DNA of 64,000 nucleotides from an uncultured Collinsella sp. GTDB lineage: Bacteria; Actinomycetota; Coriobacteriia; Coriobacteriales; Coriobacteriaceae. A model generated the notes under the pieces. It made no database searches. It was given only the letters and a program-made list of their open reading frames with translations, and had not been told where the DNA came from. Location: assembly GCA_902470695.1 (NCBI GenBank), contig CABRHH010000008.1, positions 8,808 to 72,807 on the forward strand. The letters run 5' to 3'. Position numbers and translations under genes: made by a program. This document shows positions 10,601 to 20,498 of the stretch, in pieces; positions within the stretch are counted from its first letter, which is position 1, and the number at the start of each line of letters is the position of its first letter.

Positions 10601-10641
10601 CCGTGCCGGCGGGGTTCACAGTCTGGACCCCGCCGGCACGG
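10601..10641. other. Strong GC hairpin between the RpiR regulator and GH1 genes
   Basis: CCGTGCCGGCGGGGT...ACCCCGCCGGCACGG, a 15-bp perfect inverted repeat. Confidence 0.75.
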
Positions 10642-10689
10642 TTCGAATTTCGGTCCCCACCCAAGGCGAAAAAGCAATCGAGTGGCTTT

Positions 10690-11529
10690 CTACGTATCTC
10701 CGAACATCCTCATATAGCATGCATACAAAAGATCGAAGAAATACGCCATGCCGTACTTTGCATACACCGTCCGCTCGCCATACCGGGCTCGATTTGCCAA
10801 GGATAGGACGGCATCAAATCGATCGAACAGGCACTCATCACAATGCGCTGTTATGAGCACCTTGCAACCATGCGATTCGGCAAGCTGGCGCTCGGCTGCC
10901 CGCGCATAGTTTCCCGATGCAGAAATAACAACGACCAGGTCTTGATCGGTAAGTGCGCGAAGATCGGCGGCATCGCCCGATGAATCCGTCAGAATGTGTA
11001 CGAGCTTGTGCATCAACAGCATCGACTGCTGGAACTCTCGAATCGCCATGCTCGAGAAGTCAGAGGCCACCAGCCAAACCTCTCCAGCATCGTGAATCAG
11101 CGAGGCAAGGCCAGCAATCTCATCAGGGGCGATGCCCTGCTTGATGCAATCCATCATTTCGGAAATCTGCGCGGTCAAGCCCGATCCGTCGCCGACCCGC
11201 TCAGCATATCCGCCGTAGAACTCCTTATGCTTCTCCCACTCCCATCCGCAGGACTTCAACTCAGAGAAATTCTCAAAGCCGATCGACTGACAGAACCGTC
11301 GAATACCGGAGCGGGACGTAAAGCACGCCTCGGCGACGTCGTAGACATTGAGCTCAGCAAGCTGATCGAAACGCTCGAGAAAATAGCGCGCCAGGACGCT
11401 TTCCGAGCTATTGCAGGGAGAGGAATTCACCACCGTCAGCAGCGAGTTCATGAGGCTAAAATGCCGCACCGATAGCCGACTTGGCGGGAATCCCTCAAGC
11501 TCAAGCAGGTCACTCTGGCTCATATGCAT
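10690..11529 (-). CDS. MurR/RpiR family transcriptional regulator (HTH + SIS)
   Basis: N-terminal HTH (VAEACFTSRSGIRRFCQSIGFENFSELK) and SIS-like DLVVVISASG. Confidence 0.85.
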   Translation of the reverse strand: MHMSQSDLLELEGFPPSRLSVRHFSLMNSLLTVVNSSPCNSSESVLARYFLERFDQLAELNVYDVAEACFTSRSGIRRFCQSIGFENFSELKSCGWEWEKHKEFYGGYAERVGDGSGLTAQISEMMDCIKQGIAPDEIAGLASLIHDAGEVWLVASDFSSMAIREFQQSMLLMHKLVHILTDSSGDAADLRALTDQDLVVVISASGNYARAAERQLAESHGCKVLITAHCDECLFDRFDAVLSLANRARYGERTVYAKYGMAYFFDLLYACYMRMFGDT

Positions 11530-11532
11530 CCC

Positions 11533-12759
11533 CTACGACGCGTTGAACACGTACCGGTCCAGGCGCCCGAACGCCTCCTGCAGCCGCGCAAACGGCAACG
11601 CGAGGTTCAGCCGAATCGTCCACTCACCGCCGAACGCGCGGCCGTCCTGCCACAGCACGCCCACGCGCACGCCCGCGCGCAACAGGTCGTCCATGCTCAT
11701 GCGGTGCTCCGCGCACCAGCGCTCGCAATCCAAAAACAGCATGTAGGTTCCCTGCGGACGCGCCACGCTCACCCCGTCAAACCGGCGCTCGATCACATCG
11801 CACGCAAAGGACACGTTCGCCTCGATCACCTGCCGCAGCTCATCGACCCACGCCGCCCCCTCGGCGCAATACGCACCCAGCAGGGCATGCATCGACAGCA
11901 CGTTCATGCTGTTGTAGTGCGATAAGCTCGATTCCTTCTCGATACGCCCACGCAACCAATCGCTGTAAATCACATGGTAGCTGCCCACAAGGCCCGCCAA
12001 GTTGAACGTCTTGCTCGGCGCGTAGAGGGCGACCGTACGCATACGTGCATCATCCGACACGCTCTGCGTCGGCACATGCGCAAAGCCGGGCAGCACGATA
12101 TCCGACCAGATCTCGTCCGAAATCACGAACACATCATGTCGGCGGAAGACATCCATCGCCCGCTCGATCTCCCAGCGCTCCCATACGCGCCCGGTCGGGT
12201 TATGCGGCGAGCAGAAAATTGCCGCGTGAATCCCCTCGTGCTCAATCCGGCGTTCCATATCCTCGAAATCCATGCGCCACACGCCCTCGGCGTCCCGCTC
12301 AAGCGGGCTGTGCACGATCTCATACCCGTTGTTTTCCAGCGTATGGGTAAATCCAACGTACGTCGGACTGTGCACCAGCACCTTATCGCCGCGGGAGCAC
12401 AGCACCCCCAACGCTGAAACCACGCCGCCCAGCACGCCGTTCTCGTAGCCGATATGCTCGGGCTTCATACCCTCAACACCGTTGCGCACACGGTGCCAAT
12501 CGATAATGCTGTCGAAATATGCATCCGTGGGCTGAAAGTACCCGAAGCACGGATGATCGACCCGCTCATGCAGGGCGCGCGTCACCGACGGCGCCGTGGC
12601 GTAATTCATGTCCGCCACCCACATAGGGATCACGTCGAACCCCTCATCGATCGCCGCGTCGCGCGGGCCCAGGCTCCCCATCGCAATCGCCGCCTTGGCA
12701 TCGAGCGCAAGCGCATCGCGGCCCTCTCGATCGATTACATCGGTGAAATTGAACTGCAT
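11533..12759 (-). CDS. MalY/PatB family PLP enzyme (cystathionine beta-lyase-like)
   Basis: PMWVADM, CSPHNPTGRVW, SDEIW and PSKTFNLAG. Confidence 0.92.
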   Translation of the reverse strand: MQFNFTDVIDREGRDALALDAKAAIAMGSLGPRDAAIDEGFDVIPMWVADMNYATAPSVTRALHERVDHPCFGYFQPTDAYFDSIIDWHRVRNGVEGMKPEHIGYENGVLGGVVSALGVLCSRGDKVLVHSPTYVGFTHTLENNGYEIVHSPLERDAEGVWRMDFEDMERRIEHEGIHAAIFCSPHNPTGRVWERWEIERAMDVFRRHDVFVISDEIWSDIVLPGFAHVPTQSVSDDARMRTVALYAPSKTFNLAGLVGSYHVIYSDWLRGRIEKESSLSHYNSMNVLSMHALLGAYCAEGAAWVDELRQVIEANVSFACDVIERRFDGVSVARPQGTYMLFLDCERWCAEHRMSMDDLLRAGVRVGVLWQDGRAFGGEWTIRLNLALPFARLQEAFGRLDRYVFNAS

Positions 12760-12844
12760 CGCACACCATCCTCAATCCGCGCACCGAGCAACGCGAAACA
12801 TCGGCGAGCAGCGGCTCGCACCCCGTTCCGCACCACGCATCAGC

Positions 12845-14161
12845 TTAACACCGCGCCGCCTGCGCCACGCGCGCCAACACGATGCGCGGGCGATCCGCCA
12901 GGTCGCGCACCACATGCACGTCGACCATGCCCGCCGTGCGACACAGTTCTGCCGCCTCGTCCAAATGCCCCTCGAACAGCTCGCAGGCAAGCAACCCCCC
13001 GGAGCGCAGCATGGCCGGAGCAGCCCTCACCAAGCGGCGGAATATGTCGAGCCCGTCGTCGCCTCCGTCAAGTGCCAGCGACGGCTCGAAATCCACCACC
13101 TCATGCGGAAGCTCCCGCATGACCGCGTGGGGGATGTAGGGCGGGTTCGAAACCAGCACGTCGAAGGTGCCCCACTCCGTCTCGCGGTCGAGCGGCGACA
13201 CCAGATTGCCCAGGCGGATATCAACCGCCTTCGCGTCGATACCCAGCGCCGCACGGTTCTTCTGCGCGAGCGCCACGGCCCGCGGCTCGATATCGGTCGC
13301 CACGCACACAACCTTGCCCGAGCGCTCATGGGCAAGCGACAGCGAGATGCACCCCGTACCGCACCCAACCTCCAGCACACGCGCGCAAGCCCCCGGCGCC
13401 ATCTCTGCGGGCTCGAATCCATCCGCGCCCGCAACGGTATCCCGATCACCTGCCGCATCGCCACTTCGCGTCTCGCCAACAACAGGGGCATCGCCCGCCA
13501 TCAACCCGGCATCATCACCGGCGGCATCGTCCGACGCATACCCCGTGGCGCGAGCGACATCGCCATCCGCGTCCGCAGGCCGCGCACAGCCATCGCCCAA
13601 CCCCCGCGCAGCGTCATCCCGACCAGCGCCAGCCTCGGATTCGATGACGCCATCAGCCGTGTTCCCGGCATTGCCCTCGGCACCGTCACCGCCCCCGGTA
13701 GCCCCCTCGCCGCGGCCAGCGCGCGCCGCTTCCTCCGCACGACGGGCGGCCTCCACCTCGCTGTTCCACGGCAGCTCAACGCGCGGACGAGCCGTCGCAG
13801 GCGCGCCCAGCACCTCGCCGTCGAGGAACTTCAGCACTTCCTCAACCAGCAGCTCTGTCTCAGGACGAGGGATGAGCACCCCGGGCTCACAGGCCACATC
13901 GATCATGCGAAAGCTCGTCTGCCCCACGATATACTGCAGCGGCTCGCCCTTCGCACGCCGCACCACCGCCGCGTGCATGGCAGCCAACTCCTCTTGAGCC
14001 AGGGGTTTATCGAAACTCATATACAGTTCGGTGCGCGTCAGCCCGGTCACGTTCGACAGCAGCCACTCAGCCGAAAGCCGCGGGCGCTCATCGCCCTTGT
14101 CCCCCAGATATTCACGCGTCCAATCCAGGCAGCGCTTGATGGTCCAGATCTCATTCGACAT
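12845..14161 (-). CDS. prmC: Release factor glutamine methyltransferase (HemK/PrmC) with a large internal insertion
   Basis: RRAKGEPLQYI, VLIPRPETE, SAM motif LEVGCGTG, NPPY and ALDGG; lies downstream of prfA. Start MSNEIWT at 14161. Confidence 0.92.
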   Translation of the reverse strand: MSNEIWTIKRCLDWTREYLGDKGDERPRLSAEWLLSNVTGLTRTELYMSFDKPLAQEELAAMHAAVVRRAKGEPLQYIVGQTSFRMIDVACEPGVLIPRPETELLVEEVLKFLDGEVLGAPATARPRVELPWNSEVEAARRAEEAARAGRGEGATGGGDGAEGNAGNTADGVIESEAGAGRDDAARGLGDGCARPADADGDVARATGYASDDAAGDDAGLMAGDAPVVGETRSGDAAGDRDTVAGADGFEPAEMAPGACARVLEVGCGTGCISLSLAHERSGKVVCVATDIEPRAVALAQKNRAALGIDAKAVDIRLGNLVSPLDRETEWGTFDVLVSNPPYIPHAVMRELPHEVVDFEPSLALDGGDDGLDIFRRLVRAAPAMLRSGGLLACELFEGHLDEAAELCRTAGMVDVHVVRDLADRPRIVLARVAQAARC

Positions 14162-14733
14162 GGCGGCTCCGTTTCCCGTGTTGCTCGAAAGCGATTCTAC
14201 GGCACCCGATGCGCGCCTATCTCGACAACGCCGTTTTACGCGCTTTCCGGTCCAAATTAAACGCTCGGTAAACAGCACCGCGCGCAACCTTACCGCCAGC
14301 TTGCCGGCGGGCCGGGCCCGCCCCAACAATCAACTTGCCGCGCATCTGGCCCCGCCCCAACATTCGACCTACCGCTCGGTCGCCTCGCTCCAACAGCCAG
14401 CTGGTTCCAGACTCGACGCCGCGCTGCACCGCGCTCTATCAAGTCGCCAAATCCTAGACCGTCACCTCTCGCCATTACTCGCACTCCAGCCCACCCGTCG
14501 ATGCCGCCACAACAACCCCCAAACAGCAAAACCGCGCACCTCGAAACACGAGATGCGCGGTGCTTCAGCGGCTCTTCGAGCGCGACGCCTTGACGACTGG
14601 ATACGAGCGGCTTCTTCTACAAACCCGCACGCATGTGCGGGGCGAGCGAACCGGCTCCTTCCACAGACCCTCTCGCACGCGCGAGGCAATCAGACCGGCT
14701 CCCTACAGGCCTGCGCACACGGGACGGTCAAAC

Positions 14734-15801
14734 TCACACCGTTGCGGCGAGCTTGGCCGCACGGTCGGCGGCGGCGAGCGCGTCGATCACGCTGCTGAGC
14801 TGATCGCCCAGAAGCACGCTGTTGTAGGTGGAGTTGAACCCGATACGGTGGTCGGTCACACGGTCCTGCGGCTGGTTGTACGTACGGATCTTCTCCGAGC
14901 GGTTGCCGTGCCCGATCTGCGCGGAGCGCTCGGCGCCCAGCTCGGCCTGCTGGCGCTCGAGCTCCATCTCGTACAGGCGCGCACGCAGCATCTGCATGCA
15001 GACTTCGCGGTTCTGAATCTGGGAGCGCTGCTCCTGGGACTGCACCACGGTGTTCGTGGGCAGGTGGGTGATGCGCACCGCCGAGTAGGTGGTGTTCACG
15101 CACTGGCCGCCGGGGCCCGAAGCGCAGTAGGTGTCGATGCGCAGGTCGGACTGGTTGATCTGGATGTCGATCTCGTCGGCCTCGGGCAGAACGGCCACGG
15201 TGGCCGTGGATGTCTGGATGCGGCCCTGGCTTTCGGTTTTGGGCACGCGCTGCACGCGGTGGACGCCCGACTCATATTTCATGACCGAGTAGACCTTGTC
15301 TCCCTCGACTTTGAACTCGATGGATTTGAAGCCGCCGGCCTCGGAGGGGCTGGAATCGAGCACCGTCATCTTCCACTTCTTGGACTCGATGAAGCGCTGG
15401 TACATCTTGAACAGGTCGCCCGCGAAGATAGCCGCCTCGTCGCCGCCGGCGGCGGAGCGGATCTCCACGATGGTGTTCTTCTCATCCATCGGGTCGCCCG
15501 GGATGAGCATGATCTTGATGTCCTCCTCGAGCTGAGGCAGCTTGGCCTCGTTCTCGGAAATGTCCATCTGGAGCATCTCCTTCTCCTCGGGGTCGGAGGT
15601 ATCGTGCAGCATCTCCTTGGCGGCCTCGATGTCATCGAGGGCGGCGATGTACTCGCGCGCGGCGTTCACCAGGTCGGTCTGGTGCGCGTACTCCTTGTTG
15701 AGACGCGTGAATTCCTTGATGTCGCTCGCAACGGAGGGATCCGAGAGCTTCTTCTCGAGCTCCTGATAGGCGATGATGAGTTTTTCCAGCTTGTCGCGCA
15801 T
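14734..15801 (-). CDS. prfA: Peptide chain release factor 1
   Basis: RF1 PxT motif (VQRVPKTES), GPGGQ, ESGVHR and RTYN; AAGGAG RBS. Confidence 0.98.
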   Translation of the reverse strand: MRDKLEKLIIAYQELEKKLSDPSVASDIKEFTRLNKEYAHQTDLVNAAREYIAALDDIEAAKEMLHDTSDPEEKEMLQMDISENEAKLPQLEEDIKIMLIPGDPMDEKNTIVEIRSAAGGDEAAIFAGDLFKMYQRFIESKKWKMTVLDSSPSEAGGFKSIEFKVEGDKVYSVMKYESGVHRVQRVPKTESQGRIQTSTATVAVLPEADEIDIQINQSDLRIDTYCASGPGGQCVNTTYSAVRITHLPTNTVVQSQEQRSQIQNREVCMQMLRARLYEMELERQQAELGAERSAQIGHGNRSEKIRTYNQPQDRVTDHRIGFNSTYNSVLLGDQLSSVIDALAAADRAAKLAATV

Positions 15802-15914
15802 GGCAATGCTCCTTATTCATGATGCGATAGAGGGGCCGCGGACGCAGGCGCGGCGCGGCATGATGAGAGGGCGCCGGGGCCGCAAGGGCTCGCCGGCGAA
15901 AACGGCTATCGTAG

Positions 15915-15941
15915 CTAGAGCTTATCAAGCGCGATGAACAT
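15915..15941 (-). CDS. Putative prfA leader peptide MFIALDKL (UAG stop)
   Basis: AGGGAGG RBS 4 nt before ATG 15941; TATCAT -10-like box at 15973-15968; stop TAG at 15917-15915 and a second in-frame TAG at 15908-15906. Confidence 0.6.
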   Translation of the reverse strand: MFIALDKL

Positions 15942-16374
15942 GGTTCCTCCCTGTTGTGCTGGAAGCTATGATACCCAACCCCGGGGCTGCGGCAAACACC
16001 CCGGCAAAACGGACATATCGACAGGCATCTCGGCGAAATGCCGAATAGAAGCGCGGAGGGACGGGGCGGACCGATGTTGGTCGGGAGCCGGAAAGGAGAT
16101 GCGCCGCTGCTGGCCGGGAGCCGAAAGGAGATGCGCCGGTGCTGGCCGGACTGCCCGGTGGCAAAGCTGCCTGCGGAGCGGGTTGGGGCAGGTCGGGAGA
16201 TGCGCCGGCGTGGGATGGGGGGATGCGGTGGTGGCGGGATGGGGGGTGTGGCGGCGGGACCGGGCCGGAACGGGCGGCAGCAGGACCGGGTCCGGAACGG
16301 GCGGCAGCAGAACGAGGCCGGAACGGGTGGTGGCGGGGCGGAGCCGGAACGGAAGCCGCGAGGCCGAACAGCGC

Positions 16375-16561
16375 ACTGTCAGCTGTGTACGATTGTCAGC
16401 TGTGCACGATTGTCAGCTATGTACGATTTGTTAGCGCTGCCATCGAAAGCTGATACATTCCTGAGTTCCATATAGCTAATCTACCTGGTATTTCTACGAT
16501 ATTCATATGCAGAAAGACGTATGTGTTTTGCCATACCTGACAATCGTACACAGCTGACAGT
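16375..16561. repeat. MITE-like element with a 25-bp perfect TIR and 17-bp tandem iterons
   Basis: ACTGTCAGCTGTGTACGATTGTCAG at 16375-16399 is inverted at 16537-16561; three 17-bp units span 16377-16427; the interior is AT-rich. Confidence 0.75.
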
Positions 16562-16774
16562 CACCCGTGCACGACAGGCTCGACGCCTGCGGGCGTTAGA
16601 CCTCAGTGGCACCGTCGGTGCCAGCACCTCCACGCGTATCGGCATCCCCATGCGCACCGCCATCGCCAGCATGTCCGTTGCGGCTGACGCGGGCGACGGC
16701 GCCCGAACCGCTGCGCAGGCCATCGCCCCCGTCCGCGCTACCGTCGTCATCACATCGACGCCGCCCTCATCACC

Positions 16775-17167
16775 TCAAGCGGAGCCGCCAGCGCCCCCGT
16801 CGCCATCGCCGCAGGCGGTCTCATCGGGGCAGGCTATCTCCAGGATATTCGTCTCGCTGCCCTGCAGCAGGTAGGTGCGGTCGCTGCCGCAGTGCGGACA
16901 GACGCGCCCGTGCTCGACCGTGACGTAGGTCCGTCCGCATGCCTCGCACAACGTCACGGCGTCGACCCGCTCGATCACCAGCTCGGCGCCGCGCATCAGG
17001 TCGTTTTTCGCGCATGCCCAGGTCCAGCAGTCGGTGAGGTAGCTGGGGATGATGCCCGACACCTCTCCCAGCTCCAGCGTGACCGACGACACGCGACGCA
17101 ACCCGTTTTCGGCGGCAACGCGCTCCACGCTACGGATGATATGAAATACAATACCCAGTTCGTGCAT
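16775..17167 (-). CDS. hypA: Nickel metallochaperone HypA
   Basis: N-terminal MHE Ni-binding motif, LELGEVSG and two CxxC (CEAC, CPHC). Confidence 0.92.
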   Translation of the reverse strand: MHELGIVFHIIRSVERVAAENGLRRVSSVTLELGEVSGIIPSYLTDCWTWACAKNDLMRGAELVIERVDAVTLCEACGRTYVTVEHGRVCPHCGSDRTYLLQGSETNILEIACPDETACGDGDGGAGGSA

Positions 17168-17522
17168 ACCGTTCCCATCGTCATTCAACAGAGCGCGGCC
17201 TCCTGCCGGCGCGAACAGGCAATCGCCCGCACGCCCAGCACCGCATTCGCGCGCCGAGGCGCCTGCCTCGGATGCGAGCAACTGAGGTCGAAGGCGGCCG
17301 CTCGCACGGAACGGGGAGACAACCGACCTGCCGCCCGTCGCCTCCCCGCCAAAGGCCAAGGCCAGACGGCCAACGGCCAAGGCCGAAAGCCAAAGGCCGA
17401 ATACCGAGAACCGAGGGCCAGCCGCCAGGGGCGAGAAGTCCAGCGCCGGCACCGGCACCAGCGCCCAGCGACAAACACCGGGCGCCAGCGGCCAGCAGCC
17501 CAAAGCCAAAAGCCGAGACGAC

Positions 17523-20300
17523 CTACTTCGCCCCCTTCTTCCCGAAGCGGATCTTGATCTCGCGCTTGAGCGCGTACTTGGCCAGCATCGGCAGCTTCTT
17601 CTCGTACTTCACCATGCGCGAGCACTCCGGATGCTCCCGGTGCAGATGAATCGCGTCGAACGCGCACTTCGTGGTGCACAGGCCGCAGCCGATGCACTTG
17701 TTCTCGTCCACCACGCTCGCACCGCACCCCAGGCAGCGCGCGGTCTCGCGGCGCACCTGCTCCTCGCTGAACGTCTCCGCATACTCCGCGAACGGACCAC
17801 CCGCCTCCTCGCTGCTGCGGTGAGCCGGCGTCTCGCGCCGGGCGGTATCGTAGCTGCCGAACGCCACGGCCTCGCGGTCGATGGCGCGGTAGGAGCGTTG
17901 ATTGCGCCCGATGGTGAGCGTGGCGCCGCGCACGAAGCGATGCAGCGAGACGGCCGCCTCATGGCCGGCGGCAATCGCGTCGATCGCGAACGACGGCCCG
18001 GTGTAGACGTCACCGCCCACAAAGATGTCGGGCTCCGCGGTCTGATAGGTCTGTGCGTCGGCCACCGCGCCGCCGCCCCGCCCAAACGCAACCGCCGTGC
18101 CCGCCAGCAGGTTGTCCCACTCGATGCACTGCCCGATGGAGAACACCACGCGGTCGCACGCCACCGTGCGCGTCTGCGCGTCGTCGAACACCGGGGCGAA
18201 TCTGCCCTCGTCGTCGAACACCCGCAGGCAGCGGCGGAACACGATGCCCGCCACCCGGCCGCCTTCCACAACGACCTCGACAGGCCCCCAGCCGTTGTGG
18301 ACGCAGGCGCCGTCGGCCTCCGCCTCCTCGATCTCCTCGGCGCTCGCCGGCATCTCCCCGGCGCTCTCCAGGCAGAACATCTCAACGCCGTCCGACCCCA
18401 AGCGTGCTGCCGAGCGCGCCGCATCGATGGCGACATTGCCGCCGCCCACCACGACCGTCCGGCCCCGCAGGCCGTCGAAGCCGTCCTCGGCGCAGGTGCG
18501 CAGGAAGTCCACCGCCGTGAACACACCCTCGGCATCCTCGCCCGCAATGCCGGGCAAGCGCCCGCCCTGGCAGCCGATCGCCACGTAGAACGCGCTGAAT
18601 CCCTGCTCGCGCAGCTCGGCGATCGTCACATCGCGCCCCACCTCGACACCGTAGCGGAACTCCGCCCCCATCTGGGCGATGATGTCCACCTCGGCCTCGA
18701 TCACGCGCTTGTCCAGCTTGTAGCTGGGAATGCCGTAGGTGAGCATGCCGCCCGGGCGCGCGCTCTTCTCGAACACCACGGGCTTGTAGCCGCGCTCGGC
18801 CAGGTAGTACGCGCAGGACAGACCCGCCGGACCCGCGCCGATGATGGCGATCTTCTCGTTCATCGCACCGCTGGTGGAGGGCACCACGGGCTCGGGCACG
18901 TAGCGATGCTCGGCCACCAGATCCTGCTCGGCGATGAACTTCTTCACCTCGTCGATGGCCACAGCAGCGTCAACCGCGCCGCGCGTGCAGGCATCCTCGC
19001 AACGACGGTTGCAGATGCGCCCGCACACCGCCGGCAGCGGGTTTTCGCGCTTGATGAGGGCCAGCGCGTCGCGATAGCGCCCCTGGGCCGCCAGCTTGAG
19101 GTAGCCCTGCACCGCCACATGTGCCGGACAGGCCGTCTTGCAGGGCGCGGTGCCGGTGTCGTAGGTCTCGATGCGGTTCTTGTTGCGGTAGTCGGGGCTC
19201 CACTTCTCCGGCCCCCACTTCACCGCATCGGGCAGTTCCTGCTTGGAATAGCTGGGGACCTCACCGGTACGCGCGTCGCACAGCTTCTGGCCGAGCTTCA
19301 CCGCGCCGGCCGGGCACACCTCGACGCAGCGGCCACACGCCACGCAGGCGTCCGCCTCGGTGCGCGCCACGTAGGCCGAGCGCGACAGGTTCGGCGTGTT
19401 GAACAGCTGCGAGGTGCGCAGTGCATAGCACACGTTGACGTTGCAGTTACAGATGGCGAAGATCTTGTCCTCGCCGTCGATGTTGGTGATCTGGTGCACG
19501 AAGCCGTTGTCCTCGGCGCGATGCAGGATCTCGTAGACCTCCTCGCGCGTGATGTAGCGGCCGCGGTCGGTTTCCACCACGTAGTCGGCCATGTCGCCCA
19601 CCGCGATGCACCAGTCGGCCGGGTCGTCGCCGCAGCCCTGGCCCAGCACCTCGCGGCTCATGCGGCACGAGCAGGCGCTCGCGGCGTACTTGCCGTCGTA
19701 TTTGTCCAGCCAGTGCTCGATGTGCTCGATCGACACGGAGCGGTCCTCCATGGAGATGGCCTGCTCCACCGGAATCACGTGCATGCCGATGCCCGCACCT
19801 CCCGGCGGCACCATGGGCGTGGCGCGCGCCAGGGCACCCTTGCTGGCCTGCTCGAAGAACTTCGCCAGCACCGGGTGCTCCTGCAGCTGGCTCATACGCA
19901 TGTTGAGGAACTCGGCCGAACCGGGCACCAGCATGGGCAGGACCCACTGCTTGGTGCGGGTCTCGTTCTCCCAGTTGTACTCGATGAGGCCGATGTAGCT
20001 CATCTCGTCCATCAGCTTCTCGAGCGCCACCGGGTCCATGCCGGTGAGCTTGATGAGCTCGGTCAGCGTGTAGGGGCGACGCATCTTCATCTTGAGCAGG
20101 ACGTCGGCCATTTCGTCGGTGGTGACGGCGGCAAACGACCAGTATTCGAACGGCTTGAGCTCCTTGCGACCGAGCATGCGGTTGGTGCAGTGCTCGCACA
20201 GGGCCACGATCTTCTCGCGCGGCTGGGCGGGCAGCTCGGGCACGAACTCCGCGCCGATGTCAGGCTCGGTAAAGGAGATGCCAGGTCCGTTGACGATCAT
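17523..20300 (-). CDS. Multidomain FAD/NAD(P)-dependent Fe-S oxidoreductase (Cys-rich N-domain + ferredoxin + GltD-like module + ferredoxin)
   Basis: CVACGRCVEVCP; APCKTACP, CGRICNRRCEDAC; GAGPAG, GGGNVA; C-terminal RCLGC and CIGCGLCTTKC. GAAAGGA RBS before ATG 20300. Confidence 0.9.
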   Translation of the reverse strand: MIVNGPGISFTEPDIGAEFVPELPAQPREKIVALCEHCTNRMLGRKELKPFEYWSFAAVTTDEMADVLLKMKMRRPYTLTELIKLTGMDPVALEKLMDEMSYIGLIEYNWENETRTKQWVLPMLVPGSAEFLNMRMSQLQEHPVLAKFFEQASKGALARATPMVPPGGAGIGMHVIPVEQAISMEDRSVSIEHIEHWLDKYDGKYAASACSCRMSREVLGQGCGDDPADWCIAVGDMADYVVETDRGRYITREEVYEILHRAEDNGFVHQITNIDGEDKIFAICNCNVNVCYALRTSQLFNTPNLSRSAYVARTEADACVACGRCVEVCPAGAVKLGQKLCDARTGEVPSYSKQELPDAVKWGPEKWSPDYRNKNRIETYDTGTAPCKTACPAHVAVQGYLKLAAQGRYRDALALIKRENPLPAVCGRICNRRCEDACTRGAVDAAVAIDEVKKFIAEQDLVAEHRYVPEPVVPSTSGAMNEKIAIIGAGPAGLSCAYYLAERGYKPVVFEKSARPGGMLTYGIPSYKLDKRVIEAEVDIIAQMGAEFRYGVEVGRDVTIAELREQGFSAFYVAIGCQGGRLPGIAGEDAEGVFTAVDFLRTCAEDGFDGLRGRTVVVGGGNVAIDAARSAARLGSDGVEMFCLESAGEMPASAEEIEEAEADGACVHNGWGPVEVVVEGGRVAGIVFRRCLRVFDDEGRFAPVFDDAQTRTVACDRVVFSIGQCIEWDNLLAGTAVAFGRGGGAVADAQTYQTAEPDIFVGGDVYTGPSFAIDAIAAGHEAAVSLHRFVRGATLTIGRNQRSYRAIDREAVAFGSYDTARRETPAHRSSEEAGGPFAEYAETFSEEQVRRETARCLGCGASVVDENKCIGCGLCTTKCAFDAIHLHREHPECSRMVKYEKKLPMLAKYALKREIKIRFGKKGAK

Positions 20301-20498
20301 GTGAAGGTTCCTTTCCTCTGAAAGCAGGCGATGTATGAAGTACAGGCGAGGGCCTAGGTGGGCGGGCCGCAGGTGTGGCTCCGGCAGAACGCGGAGGCTG
20401 GAGGCCTTTCGCAGCAGGTCCCGGCAGCGCGCCGGGCCTTTCGCAGCAGGTCCCGGCACGCTCCGGGCCTCCCGTAGCCGATCCTGGTCGTCGCCCCT

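Noticed and set aside
17631..20321. 896-aa plus-strand ORF (likewise 39225-41333 and 41411-43438)
   Set aside because: Antisense shadows of the oxidoreductase, eno and larBC genes.
20403..20458. 24-bp direct duplication between hypB and the oxidoreductase (similar local duplications near 22270-22400 and 23450-23550)
   Set aside because: These look like local slippage duplications common in this genome's intergenic DNA, with no further support for function.
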